Part shown: in pieces, positions 28,162 to 38,337 of the stretch
Position numbering within the stretch: the first letter of the stretch is position 1
Layout of the letters: each line of letters opens with the position of its first letter
Source of the DNA: a candidate division FCPU426 bacterium
GTDB taxonomy: Bacteria; Oederibacteriota; PGYV01; Palsa-1178
Length of the DNA stretch: 64,000 bases
NCBI GenBank assembly: GCA_963840035.1
Contig: CAWIXE010000002.1
Span: 480,001 to 544,000 of the forward strand
Direction of reading: 5' to 3'
Program-made: the position numbers and the translations under genes
Notes under the pieces: model-generated
Told to the model about the DNA's origin: nothing
Seen by the model: the letters and a program-made list of their open reading frames with translations, nothing else
The model's database searches: none

Positions 28162-30423
28162 GTGGGAAAAAAGAAAAAAAAGGTAAAAAAATACGGGAAT
28201 AACCGGCCGCTTATGAAGTCCATATATGAGTTCGGGACATTTAACCTTACAGCGCTTGCTTTTCTCGTGGCGCTTACCGGACAGTTCTGCCTTTATATGC
28301 AGAAGTGGCTTATTCCGGGGCTGGTTTTATACGCCATAGCGGTGATAATATTTATCATAGCTGAAAATGCCGGAAAGAAACCTGAAGAAAAAGAAAACAT
28401 AGCGCCATCCATGGAAATTGCCCTGTTCCTGTCCATCCTTGCTGTCGCGGTATTTTTCAGGGTGTGGATGATAGACCAGCTTCCGGCAGGCTGCTACCGC
28501 GATGAAGGGCAAAACGGTACGGAAGGCATAAATATAATGAACGGTGTGGAATTAGACGGGACAAAACTCCCGGTTTATATAGAAAGATGGACGCAAAACG
28601 CCGCCATGTACATGTATTTTATCGCGGCGTTCTTCAAGCTTTTTGGCATCGGGGTCATTCAGATAAGGGAAGTATCGGTGTTTATCGGCGTGTTGTGCGT
28701 GCCGGCTTTTTACTTCCTGGCAAGGTACCTTTTTGGAGTCAGGGTGGCGTTAATCGGGGCGTTTTTAATGGCTGTCACGCGCTGGCATGTCAACTTCTCA
28801 AGGATAGGTTTTTTGGGCATTGCCACGGTATTCTTCGTCATTACCTGTATGTACTTCGCTTACAGGCTTTACAGGAAAAGGCAGGTAACTGATTTTATAA
28901 TTTTCGGGGCATTAACAGCCCTGTCACTTTATACATACCTGGCGTCCAGGCTTATCCCGGTTGGTTTCGCGATATTTATGGTTTATATGTTTTTTGCGGA
29001 ATCAAAATTTTATAAGAAGAATTTAAAGGGGCTGCTTTTCGGCATAACAGCCTTTTTTGTGGTTGCGGCGCCGCTTGGCATTTATGCCATGCAGCACCCG
29101 GAGAATTTTATGTCAAGATCATCCACGGTTTCCATATTTAACCAGGAAATGCTCCATGAAGTGGGGGGGCGTTATGTGGAAAAGGACGGTACCACGCCAA
29201 AGCACTGGACAAAACTGTACGCGGAAAATTTTTGCAATACCATGCTCATGTTCAACTACGTGGGCGACGGAAACCCCCGGCATAATTTCCATACACAGCC
29301 CATGCTGGACTTCATTTCCGGGATATTTTTTGTGCTGGGCTTTGGGTACGCTGTCTTCCATTTATTAAAAGCGCGGTATTTCCTGCTGCTTGCGCTTTTC
29401 GCGGCATTTCTCCAGACAGGCCTGCTTTCCACGGAGTCGCCACAGGCATACAGGACCATTGTGGAAATCCCGGTTGTCATAATATTCATGCTGATATTTT
29501 TTGAGCAGCTGTTCAAAAATGCCTACGCTCAGTACGGTAAAAAGATCATGCTGCCGCTTGTCCTGTCCGTTTCGCTCGCGTTAGGCGTGGTCGGCGTGAA
29601 TAACTACCTGCTGTATTTTGACAAATGGGCGAATAACCCGGGAAGCTGGGCGGAGTTTTCTTCTGATGAATATTCCATGGGAAGGTATGTGAAAGGCCTT
29701 GGCGACGACTGGACCGCTATAGTGCAGGCGGACTGGGTCGAGAGTTATACTTTCCGTTTCGCCATTTATCCTAATAATAATGTGGAGGTATTCAACCCGT
29801 CAGACTGGATACCCATCCAGTCAAAGATTAGGAAGAACTTTGTTTTCATCCTTGACGATACATACCTGCCGATGCTTACCATCTTAAGGCGCATGTATCC
29901 TGAGGGAAAGTATACCGATTTCAGGCATAAGTTCTATCCGAACCTGGTGCTTTACTGGACATACGAAGTGCCGTATGAGGCGGTAAAAAGGTACCAGGAT
30001 AAGCCCAATAAGAACGGGTTAACGGGATACTATTATAAGGGCCTTAAATGGGAAGGTAAACCCGCGTTTACCAGGCTTGACCCGTTTATACTTTTTAACT
30101 GGACCAGGGACCCGATAATGGGGCCTTTTTCGGTTAAGTGGGCCGGGAAGCTGTACGCTGAAAAAACAGGCACATATACCTTCATGACCGAGTCAAACGA
30201 CTACTCCGACCTTTATATAGACGGCAAGCAGGTCATAAATAACCCCGGTTATTCAAAGGGGCAGCAGAATATAAAGCAGGATATAAAACTCTCCGCGGGA
30301 TACCATTCCATACAGCTGCGTTATTATGAATCGATACATTACTCGCGCATGCAGTTTTTCTGGCGCGCGCCGGGGATGGAAGACATGGAGGTTGTGCCAA
30401 GTGAAGTCCTCATCCCGCAGTAA
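28162..30423 (+). CDS. GT-C membrane glycosyltransferase with PA14 domain, copy 2 (paralog)
   Basis: Colinear with 25746..27995 (PAGCYRDEG, WHVNFSRIG, NPGSWAEFS, FNWTRDP). Confidence 0.8.
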   Translation: MGKKKKKVKKYGNNRPLMKSIYEFGTFNLTALAFLVALTGQFCLYMQKWLIPGLVLYAIAVIIFIIAENAGKKPEEKENIAPSMEIALFLSILAVAVFFRVWMIDQLPAGCYRDEGQNGTEGINIMNGVELDGTKLPVYIERWTQNAAMYMYFIAAFFKLFGIGVIQIREVSVFIGVLCVPAFYFLARYLFGVRVALIGAFLMAVTRWHVNFSRIGFLGIATVFFVITCMYFAYRLYRKRQVTDFIIFGALTALSLYTYLASRLIPVGFAIFMVYMFFAESKFYKKNLKGLLFGITAFFVVAAPLGIYAMQHPENFMSRSSTVSIFNQEMLHEVGGRYVEKDGTTPKHWTKLYAENFCNTMLMFNYVGDGNPRHNFHTQPMLDFISGIFFVLGFGYAVFHLLKARYFLLLALFAAFLQTGLLSTESPQAYRTIVEIPVVIIFMLIFFEQLFKNAYAQYGKKIMLPLVLSVSLALGVVGVNNYLLYFDKWANNPGSWAEFSSDEYSMGRYVKGLGDDWTAIVQADWVESYTFRFAIYPNNNVEVFNPSDWIPIQSKIRKNFVFILDDTYLPMLTILRRMYPEGKYTDFRHKFYPNLVLYWTYEVPYEAVKRYQDKPNKNGLTGYYYKGLKWEGKPAFTRLDPFILFNWTRDPIMGPFSVKWAGKLYAEKTGTYTFMTESNDYSDLYIDGKQVINNPGYSKGQQNIKQDIKLSAGYHSIQLRYYESIHYSRMQFFWRAPGMEDMEVVPSEVLIPQ

Positions 30424-31213
30424 AAAACAGAAAGTTGTAGTGGTCATGCCGGCGTATAACGCGGCAAAGACCCTTGAGAAGACATACAGGGATATACCCA
30501 AGAGCGTTGTGGACAGGATAATACTTGTCGATGATGTCTCAAAAGACGAGACAGTCGAAGTGGCAAGGCACCTGGGCATCAAGACCATAGTCCACATACA
30601 AAATAAAGGCTACGGCGGCAACCAGAAGACCTGTTACATAGAAGCTTTAAAGGAAGGCGCGGATATCGTGGTCATGCTCCACCCGGATTACCAGTATGAT
30701 TCAAGGCTCATACCCGAGATGATAGCGCCTATCATAAACGGCCACGCGGATTTTGTGCTCGGCTCAAGGATGCTCGGAGAAGGCGCCCTGCGCGGCGGGA
30801 TGCCTTTGTACAAGTACATTTCAAACAAGGTGCTTACATTCATCGAGAACGAGTGCTTCGGCAAGCATTACTCCGAACTGCATACGGGGTTCAGGGCATA
30901 CAGCAGGAAGCTCCTGACCACGATACCTTTCACCCTTAACTCGGATGATTTTGTTTTTGACACGGAAGTCATAGCGCAGGTGGAGATGTTCAAGTTCCAG
31001 TCGAGCGAAGTGCCTGTGCCGACGAGGTACTTTAAGGAAGCTTCATCAATAAATTTTTTAAGGTCTTCCATTTACGGACTTGCCACACTGAAGGTCATGG
31101 CACAGTTCCTCATGCATAAGTGGGGGATAAAGAAATACCCCAAGTTCAGCAAAACCTTATCCGATGTTGTCAGCCCCTTTTACGCGAAAAAGTTAAAAAA
31201 AGGAAGCAAATAA
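30401..31213 (+). CDS. GT2 family glycosyltransferase (DPM1-like polyprenol-phosphate sugar synthase)
   Basis: VVMPAYN, VDDVSKD, NKGYGGNQK, LHPDYQY, VLGSR, HTGFRAY; GTG after GGAGG. Confidence 0.85.
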   Translation: MKSSSRSKKQKVVVVMPAYNAAKTLEKTYRDIPKSVVDRIILVDDVSKDETVEVARHLGIKTIVHIQNKGYGGNQKTCYIEALKEGADIVVMLHPDYQYDSRLIPEMIAPIINGHADFVLGSRMLGEGALRGGMPLYKYISNKVLTFIENECFGKHYSELHTGFRAYSRKLLTTIPFTLNSDDFVFDTEVIAQVEMFKFQSSEVPVPTRYFKEASSINFLRSSIYGLATLKVMAQFLMHKWGIKKYPKFSKTLSDVVSPFYAKKLKKGSK

Positions 31214-32265
31214 TGGTGAAAAAAATAATTTTCTGGCTTGGAATGGCTGTGACGGTAGTTTGCATGTATTTTGTCCTGCGTGGCATTAAATACAATGAAC
31301 TGCTGGAAATAGTAAGCCATATAAACATATGGCTGCTGTGCGCGACCGTAGCCCTTTATATAGGCGGCTATTACATCAGGGCTGAGCGGTGGCACCATCT
31401 GTTAAAGCACATAAAGCCGCTTAAAGCGGTGGAGCTGTTTCCCTACCTGGTAATGGGATTTATGTTCAATAACGTCCTGCCGGCGCGTGCCGGCGAGTTC
31501 ATCAGGGCGTATATGACAGGCACGAAAAAGGGCGTCTCAAAGTCGTCTACTTTCGCGACGGTGGTCATAGAAAGGGTCTTTGACGGGCTTGTCATGATTT
31601 TTTACTTCATTATAGGATATCTTGCGTTCCATTTCATAACAAAGCAGTCAGAAGTGCCGCCGATAAATGTATTCTCGTTTTCTTTCGGCGTAAAGGACGC
31701 GGTTTTAGCTTTTGCAATCGCGGGGAGCGTTTTATTTATAGGAATTTTTGTTTTTATGTTTATGCTGCTTTATAAAAGGGAAGCCACGGAAAAATTTATT
31801 CATACCATGTTGAAAGTTTTTCCGGAGAGTATTCGTTCCAAAGCGGTCGGGTTCCTGGATACTTTCATTAACGGGCTCGGCGTGCTTGGCAGCCTAAAGG
31901 ATATAATGACGGTTTTTGGTCTTTCTTTCCTGGCGTGGACAGTGGAGGCTTTTACTTACTGGCTGATGGGACAGGCCATGCATTTGCATATAAGCTTCCT
32001 GCTAATCTGTCTTATTATGTCGGTGGCGAATTTTGCCATAATGGTGCCGTCCACCGCGGGTGGAGTCGGGCCCTTTGAGTTTTTTGGCATGGCGATTATG
32101 CTCCTGTTTGCCTACCAGAAAGAAGAAGCGGCGGCTTTTGTTTTTATAGTACATATGATGATACTTATACCGATAATTATTCTTGGCCTTATCTTTATGT
32201 TCACGGAAGGCCTGACATTTAAAAAAGTATTAACAGAAAAAGAAAAGGAGGAAACAGCAAAATGA
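31213..32265 (+). CDS. Flippase-like membrane protein (LPG synthase TM/UPF0104 family)
   Basis: [37 protein letters not shown]. Confidence 0.85.
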   Translation: MVKKIIFWLGMAVTVVCMYFVLRGIKYNELLEIVSHINIWLLCATVALYIGGYYIRAERWHHLLKHIKPLKAVELFPYLVMGFMFNNVLPARAGEFIRAYMTGTKKGVSKSSTFATVVIERVFDGLVMIFYFIIGYLAFHFITKQSEVPPINVFSFSFGVKDAVLAFAIAGSVLFIGIFVFMFMLLYKREATEKFIHTMLKVFPESIRSKAVGFLDTFINGLGVLGSLKDIMTVFGLSFLAWTVEAFTYWLMGQAMHLHISFLLICLIMSVANFAIMVPSTAGGVGPFEFFGMAIMLLFAYQKEEAAAFVFIVHMMILIPIIILGLIFMFTEGLTFKKVLTEKEKEETAK

Positions 32266-32816
32266 AAAAGATTTTAGCGGTTGTATCAGTATTAGTACTT
32301 GCAGTGGTTTTCATGGGCGCGGGATGCGGCCAGGGAACCGAAACTAAAGCACCGGAGGGACAGACAGTGGCGGCAACAGGGACAGGCGAACCGATAGCGG
32401 TACTGGAAACAACGAAAGGCGTCATTAAGTTCAGGTTTTTCAGCGCTGACGCGCCGGGCACGTGCAAGAATTTCATCGACCTTGCAAATAAAGGCTTTTA
32501 TAACGGCCTTACATTCCACAGGGTCGTTCCCGGTTTTGTAATACAGGGCGGGGACCCTCTCGGCACAGGCGCAGGCGGGCCGGGATATAACATAAAGGCG
32601 GAGTTTAACAAGAACCCGCACTTAGACGGCACAGTAGCCATGGCAAGGGCGCAGGACCCTGACTCGGCAGGAAGCCAGTTTTACATCTGCCTCGGGCCGC
32701 AGTCGTTTTTAGACGGCAACTATACGACATTTGGCCAGGTTACGGAAGGCCTCGATGTAGTGCATAAGATCGCAATCGGTGATAAGATGACAAAGGTTTA
32801 TATAGAAAATAAATAA
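32262..32816 (+). CDS. Cyclophilin-type peptidyl-prolyl isomerase, lipoprotein
   Basis: GAGC lipobox; [27 protein letters not shown]. Confidence 0.92.
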   Translation: MKKILAVVSVLVLAVVFMGAGCGQGTETKAPEGQTVAATGTGEPIAVLETTKGVIKFRFFSADAPGTCKNFIDLANKGFYNGLTFHRVVPGFVIQGGDPLGTGAGGPGYNIKAEFNKNPHLDGTVAMARAQDPDSAGSQFYICLGPQSFLDGNYTTFGQVTEGLDVVHKIAIGDKMTKVYIENK

Positions 32817-32821
32817 GATAT

Positions 32822-32850
32822 AAAAGGGCCGGCTAAAAGCCGGCCCTTTT
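32822..32850 (+). terminator. Intrinsic terminator
   Basis: aaaagggccggc taaaa gccggccctttt. Confidence 0.8.
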
Positions 32851-32870
32851 ATTTTGAATAGGGGGATGTC

Positions 32871-33680
32871 ATGGATAAAATTGAGAATAAAGAACGGGTA
32901 TTAATGCCTGTGTTATTTCTCGGACATGGCAGCCCGGTAAACGCAATTGAAGATAATGAATTTTCACGCGGCTGGAAAAAAATTGCCGCTGAAATACCAA
33001 GGCCAAAGCAGATACTTTGTATTTCCGCCCACTGGGAAACATGGGGCACGTGCGTAACATCCGGCGAAAAACCGCGCACAATACACGATTTCGGGGGCTT
33101 TCAGTCCGAATTATACGATGTATCCTACCCGGCAAAAGGCGACCCCAAATTCGCTAGGCTCGTTAAGGACATTATAAAATCAACTGATGTTCAGTTGGAA
33201 GGCCACCGCGGGCTTGACCACGGCTGCTGGAGTGTTTTAAGGCGCATGTATCCGGAGGCCGACATACCCGTGGTACAAATGAGCCTTGATGATTCAAAGC
33301 CGCCGGAATACCACTATGAGCTCGCGAAAGAACTTCTGCCGCTTCGTGAGCGCGGCACGCTAATCATCGGAAGCGGTAACATGGTGCACAACCTATACAT
33401 GGTGCAATTAAAGAATGAAAATTTTAACGAACCATACGGTTTTGACTGGGCAATAAGGGCAAATGACATGTTAAAGAAAATGATCAGGAACAGGGAGCAT
33501 AAGCAGCTCGCGGATTATAAGTCGCTTGGCAAAGACGCGGAACTCGCGATACCTACCCCGGAACACTACCTGCCCATGCTCTATGTGCTTGCATTGCAGG
33601 GCGGGGATGAAGACGCCCGGTTCTTTAACGACAAACCCCTTGCCGGTTCGCTTACTATGACTTCATTTATCATAAAATAG
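32871..33680 (+). CDS. ygiD: 4,5-DOPA extradiol dioxygenase (YgiD/LigB family)
   Basis: LFLGHGSP, ISAHW, TIHDFGGF, GLDHG.W, GSGNMVHNL, PTPEHYLP. Confidence 0.9.
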   Translation: MDKIENKERVLMPVLFLGHGSPVNAIEDNEFSRGWKKIAAEIPRPKQILCISAHWETWGTCVTSGEKPRTIHDFGGFQSELYDVSYPAKGDPKFARLVKDIIKSTDVQLEGHRGLDHGCWSVLRRMYPEADIPVVQMSLDDSKPPEYHYELAKELLPLRERGTLIIGSGNMVHNLYMVQLKNENFNEPYGFDWAIRANDMLKKMIRNREHKQLADYKSLGKDAELAIPTPEHYLPMLYVLALQGGDEDARFFNDKPLAGSLTMTSFIIK

Positions 33681-34019
33681 ATACAACTGATTGTAATCAC
33701 TTCAAAAGTATATCCAAATAGACATCCAAAACTCGATTTATAAAACCGGTTCAAAAAAAAGCCTTATTTTTAAGGTGTTTTTTTACTTAAAATTCAGGTT
33801 AATTAAACTAAAGTAAAATATATTTTTGCTTAAATATTTTACGTAACCGGTTAATCATATTTTTATCCATGTTTATATAGTGTTTATAAAAATGGCTTTC
33901 TAGTATTTTATACGCCTATCCTGCCTCGCGCGGTAGAAACTAAAAAAAAGCGCTTTTGTCTAAATATATAGACAAGGCGCAGGACTGTGCGCCTTAATTT
34001 AATTATACGAGGTATGACG

Positions 34020-35477
34020 ATGAGAATAACCGCACCTGTAGCCGCCCTCTTTGTCATCGTTTTTCTATTATTACCTGCGCAATCGTATTGTGCGCAGGCA
34101 GCTGACCAGGGAGTTTTTGTAGTCCCTGAATCTGAACGGCCACTTGATTTTGTGGTAATAGGATTGTGGTCAAATAACCATAAGTATATATGTATGCCTG
34201 AAGTTAACTGGCCAAAGTCTGCAAGTTTACCGCAAAAGAGGGAAATTGAAAAACAACTATACTGGATTAACCTTGAATTTACCCACGGCGAGATACTCCA
34301 AAAACTTCCGGCGTACACGAAAATATTTGTGGCAGTGCCAAACAGCGCCAGCGTTAATGACGCCACCGGGGACGAAAAGAGTTATTTTATAGATTACCTG
34401 AAAGCCAGATGCGGTTTTACCGACGCCGGGATAAAACTGCGTGTTAAATTTTTCCATTCATCCGCGATGATTGTCTGGCCGCAGGATATGTGCAAAGTAA
34501 TCGGATATGACAGGGTTGATGGCAGGGTGGCAATAGCGCGCAGCGCCGGAGACGCGGATATATACGTAAAAGTTACAAAGGAACTCACTGACGCCTTTCC
34601 GGAAACGTTTGTTTTAAAGGATGTGGATAAAAATACAAGCGCGGAAGGCGGGGACGAGGACATTATTAAACTCCCGGGGCCGGGCCATAAAGTGGCAATA
34701 ATAACAGGAAGGCACCGCGTACAGCGATATGCCGAGAGGGTAAAAGGCGTTTCTTTTGACAGAGCGCCTATAGATGACGCCATGAAAGCGGAAGCTGCCG
34801 CGGCATTTTCCAAATCGTATTTCGGGGTGGAAGCGGTTTTTCTCCCTGAGGAAATAATGAAAAAACCGGAAAAGGGAAGCGAAGAAGTATTTCACCTGGA
34901 TATGGTGACTTCCATACTGCCGGACCCTAAAGGCGGCAAACCGAAAGCTTTCATACCGTCGATAGCCAATAATTGCTATGTCTCATTAAATGACGAACAG
35001 CTTAATAAGGAATTCGTATCCCACATACAGGCGGAATATGACGCAGCCGCGTCCCAGATGCGCAGGCTCGGTTTTGACACGCCCAGGCTGTATTACTGCG
35101 ATCATCCGGTAAGGGGCCCGGTAAATATAATAAAGTACCATGATAAAATATCAGGCGGTTATTCCGTTATGCTGGGAAAATACCCGAACCACCTGCCCGT
35201 GGACGACCCCTATACAGCCCAGCACAGGGTAACGGATATTTTCAAGCTGCTGGCTAACCGTTTCAATGAGTGGTCAAATAAACAGGACGCGGCAACATAT
35301 AAACAGCTAAAGGCAACCATGGACGGCGTCTGGACGGTCATGGATACGGTCTCAGAAGAGACAAACAGCGTTTATGATGAGCAGAAAAAGATGTTTGAAA
35401 AGTACGGTTATAACGTAATAACAGTGCCGGTATACGCCTGGGGAGCGGGCGGGCTGCACTGTATGGTTATGTACTGA
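34020..35477 (+). CDS. Secreted pentein-superfamily enzyme (agmatine/peptidylarginine deiminase-like)
   Basis: Signal peptide; ordered motifs WPQD, EGGD, HLD, PVN and terminal GGLHC. Confidence 0.7.
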   Translation: MRITAPVAALFVIVFLLLPAQSYCAQAADQGVFVVPESERPLDFVVIGLWSNNHKYICMPEVNWPKSASLPQKREIEKQLYWINLEFTHGEILQKLPAYTKIFVAVPNSASVNDATGDEKSYFIDYLKARCGFTDAGIKLRVKFFHSSAMIVWPQDMCKVIGYDRVDGRVAIARSAGDADIYVKVTKELTDAFPETFVLKDVDKNTSAEGGDEDIIKLPGPGHKVAIITGRHRVQRYAERVKGVSFDRAPIDDAMKAEAAAAFSKSYFGVEAVFLPEEIMKKPEKGSEEVFHLDMVTSILPDPKGGKPKAFIPSIANNCYVSLNDEQLNKEFVSHIQAEYDAAASQMRRLGFDTPRLYYCDHPVRGPVNIIKYHDKISGGYSVMLGKYPNHLPVDDPYTAQHRVTDIFKLLANRFNEWSNKQDAATYKQLKATMDGVWTVMDTVSEETNSVYDEQKKMFEKYGYNVITVPVYAWGAGGLHCMVMY

Positions 35478-35487
35478 TTTAAAAATA

Positions 35488-35519
35488 AAATTACTAATGA
35501 CAAATTACTAATTACTAAT
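35488..35519. repeat. Single heptamer arm
   Basis: aaattac taatgac aaattac taattac taat. Confidence 0.6.
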
Positions 35520-35532
35520 AGAAGTACTGCCT

Positions 35533-35950
35533 TCGTAGGGGCGATTCACGAATCGCCCAAAACGATGGTTCTTGTAGAGACGCAGACTTGCCGCGTCTCT
35601 TTTTTGTTTATGTTCTGGGTATTGGTCTCCGTAGGGGCGAGCCGGTGGCTCGCCCGGATCTTGATCCCGGCCTAAAGGTCGCGTGTGTTTTTGCCTATGC
35701 CACTGGCTCACCCGGAGTTAAATACAATAAATGTCTGTAAAATATTGAATAATCATAAAACCATGATTATTTACAGAGTTTTAAACAAAGTGCTAATAAA
35801 ATAAGTGGGATTTTGTTATAATGTCTTGAGTCAAGGCACGGTGTGGGGATTCTGAATCCCAAAATAAATATGAAACAGGTCTCGTAGGGGCGATTCACGA
35901 ATCGCCCAAAACGATGGTTCTTGTAGAGACGCAGCTTGCTGCGTCTCTTT
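35533..35950. repeat. Cluster of five GTAG-REP palindromes including a ~70-bp direct duplication
   Basis: REPs at 35535, 35574, 35631, 35884, 35923; 35533-35585 identical to 35882-35934. Confidence 0.85.
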
Positions 35951-36120
35951 TTTTATATCAAAATAATAATAATGCTTGAATGTACGATATAAACTAAGTG
36001 ATAACAAAAAAATGGTTTTTTGTTATAATATCTTTACCCAAGGCGTGATGTATTTTTTTTGCATTATCTTTGATGCTTCGTGTTAAAGTGCGTAAAAATT
36101 TGTAATATCGATGGTGATGA

Positions 36121-36564
36121 ATGAAGCGAAAAAATATCTGCGAAGATAAAGTTACAAAAACTGATACTAAAATATTTCATTTAATAGTTTCGTTGTTGCT
36201 GTTGGCGGGATTAGTGATAATTTTATTATCATATTTTATCGTAATTCCAAAGACAAAAATAAACATCCATGTCATAATATTATTCTCTTATTTCTTAACA
36301 ACATACTTACTAATTATTATCCCGATAAGACGTTTTGGCAAAACACAAATGAAAAAATATATAATTCGCTTTCGCTTAATCCTCAATACTGTCTTGTTTG
36401 CTTTATTTTTTTATATTTTGCCAAATGTACTTGTTTTTAATGATGCGCGTTTTGGCGTCTTGGGATTTAGGGTCATAGTGATATTCGCTTTAATGATATT
36501 TATAGCTTGTTTGATGCTTGAACAATTGTTGCTAAAGTACTTGTTTAAAAATGAAAAAGCATAA
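36121..36564 (+). CDS. Hypothetical AT-rich 4-TM membrane protein
   Basis: 147 aa, four hydrophobic stretches, markedly AT-rich relative to neighbours. Confidence 0.5.
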   Translation: MKRKNICEDKVTKTDTKIFHLIVSLLLLAGLVIILLSYFIVIPKTKINIHVIILFSYFLTTYLLIIIPIRRFGKTQMKKYIIRFRLILNTVLFALFFYILPNVLVFNDARFGVLGFRVIVIFALMIFIACLMLEQLLLKYLFKNEKA

Positions 36565-36621
36565 ATTAATAAATGTTAATGCCAAAGGCCAATTGAGGGT
36601 ATGTATACCGCGAAAATATTC

Positions 36622-36650
36622 TTGACATTCATTATAATAAGTTGTATCCT
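36622..36650 (+). promoter_or_regulatory. Promoter of pyr operon
   Basis: ttgaca-17 nt-tatcct. Confidence 0.65.
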
Positions 36651-36671
36651 TAACTCGATTCAGAAAAGCAA

Positions 36672-36796
36672 TTGATCCTTTAAACTGGCCCTGCGAGGCT
36701 GGTAAGGAGCTGGTACTTGTCCGCCGGAGCGTAATATGCGAAAGTGGATTAACGCCTTCTTACTGCGTACGCATGGCAGAAAGAGGGCTTTTTTTA
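36672..36796 (+). promoter_or_regulatory. PyrR binding loop and attenuator terminator
   Basis: cctttaa-actggccctgcgaggctgg-taagg fits the PyrR loop (CUUUAA..CCNGNGAGGYU); terminator gccttctt...aagagggc-ttttttt. Confidence 0.8.
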
Positions 36797-36850
36797 TGCC
36801 TCCAACTGCCTCGTAAGCTTTAGCTTCGCCTGCCTATACGGAGGCAATAC

Positions 36851-37402
36851 GTGGACAAAAAGCTTAAAATTAAGAGTGAAATCCTTGACAAACCTTCCAT
36901 TGAGCGGGCATTGACCCGTATTTCCCATGAAATAATCGAAAAAAACAAAGGCGCTAAGAATGTCTATATCGTGGGTATACGCTCACGGGGCGATGTTTTA
37001 GCAGCCCGTATCGCTAAAAAAATCAATGAAATAGAGAATGTGGCAGTGCCTGTGGGCGCTGTGGATATTACATTTTACCGGGACGACTATGACCGTGTCA
37101 CAAAAGCTGAAGTAAAATCAACCGAACTGCCCGTGTCAGTGGATGATAAGGATATAGTTCTGGTGGATGACGTGCTTTATACGGGCAGGTCCACGCGCGC
37201 TGCCATGGATGTCATCATCGAATTCGGCAGGCCAAAAACCATTCAACTGGCTGTTCTCATAGACCGCGGGCATAGGGAACTGCCAATACAAGCGAATTAC
37301 GTAGGTAAAAATGTGCCGACAAGTTCTGAAGAAATGATAGTTTTAAAGTTACAGGAATCTGACGGCGAAGAAAAAGTTCTTCTTGCCGAAAAGGAGGCGT
37401 AA
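36851..37402 (+). CDS. pyrR: Bifunctional pyr operon attenuation protein/UPRTase PyrR
   Basis: [39 protein letters not shown]. Confidence 0.96.
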   Translation: MDKKLKIKSEILDKPSIERALTRISHEIIEKNKGAKNVYIVGIRSRGDVLAARIAKKINEIENVAVPVGAVDITFYRDDYDRVTKAEVKSTELPVSVDDKDIVLVDDVLYTGRSTRAAMDVIIEFGRPKTIQLAVLIDRGHRELPIQANYVGKNVPTSSEEMIVLKLQESDGEEKVLLAEKEA

Positions 37403-37403
37403 G

Positions 37404-38337
37404 ATGTCACTTAACCATCTTATTTCACTGCAGGATATTTCAGCCGAACAGATAACAGAGATTTTAAATCTTGCTAAAACTTTTAAGGAAGTAAATGAAC
37501 GGCAGGTAAAAAAACTTCCCACGCTTAAAGGCAAAACTGTCGCCAACTTTTTCTTCGAAAATTCCACCAGGACCAAAACTTCGTTTGAAATAGCGGCAAA
37601 GAGGCTCTCGGCAGATGTTCTTAACCTGGCGATATCCACATCCTCAGTGGCCAAGGGTGAAACCCTGATCGATACCATCCGCACTATTGAAGCCATGCAG
37701 ATAGACATCGTAGTAATCAGGCACGGCGTTTCAGGCGTGCCTCATATGTTAACCAGCAAAATATCCTCCCATATAATAAACGCCGGAGACGGCATGCACG
37801 AGCACCCTACGCAGGGGCTGCTGGATATGTTTACCATGAGGGACAAAAAGGGCCACCTGGAAGGATTGACCGTGGCTTTGGTTGGCGACATAGCGCACTC
37901 GCGCGTGGCGCGCTCGAACATATGGGGGCTGAAAAAGATGGGGGCGAAAGTACGCGTTGTCGGCCCGGCAACGTCTCATACCGCGCGACATAGAACAAAT
38001 GGGCGTGGAAGTCTATAATGACCTTGAAAAAGGCATCAAGGGCGCTGATGTGGTAAACATACTCAGGATACAGCTTGAAAGGATGAAAAAGCATCTCTTC
38101 CCGACAATCAGGGAATACGCCATGCTCTTCGGGGTCAATACCACAAAATTAAAAAGCGCGAAGCCGGACTGCCTTGTCATGCATCCGGGGCCGATGAACC
38201 GCGGCATAGAAATATCGCCGAACGTGGCTGACGGGCCGCAGTCGGTCATAGAAGAACAGGTGACAAACGGAGTGGCTGTGAGAATGGCTGTCCTGTATCT
38301 CATGGGAGGAGGCAAATCAAATGAAATTATTGATTAA
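37404..38337 (+). pseudogene. pyrB: Aspartate carbamoyltransferase, split by one extra base near 37974 (error or pseudogene)
   Basis: FFENSTRT, HPTQ, GDIAHSRVARS in one frame; [21 protein letters not shown] in the next; deleting T37974 restores GPATLIPRD. Confidence 0.85.

Noticed and set aside
35533..35950. Repeated 24-27 nt palindromes as a CRISPR array
   Set aside because: Different repeat types, irregular spacing, GTAG REP signature, a copy dispersed at 44600, and no cas genes.
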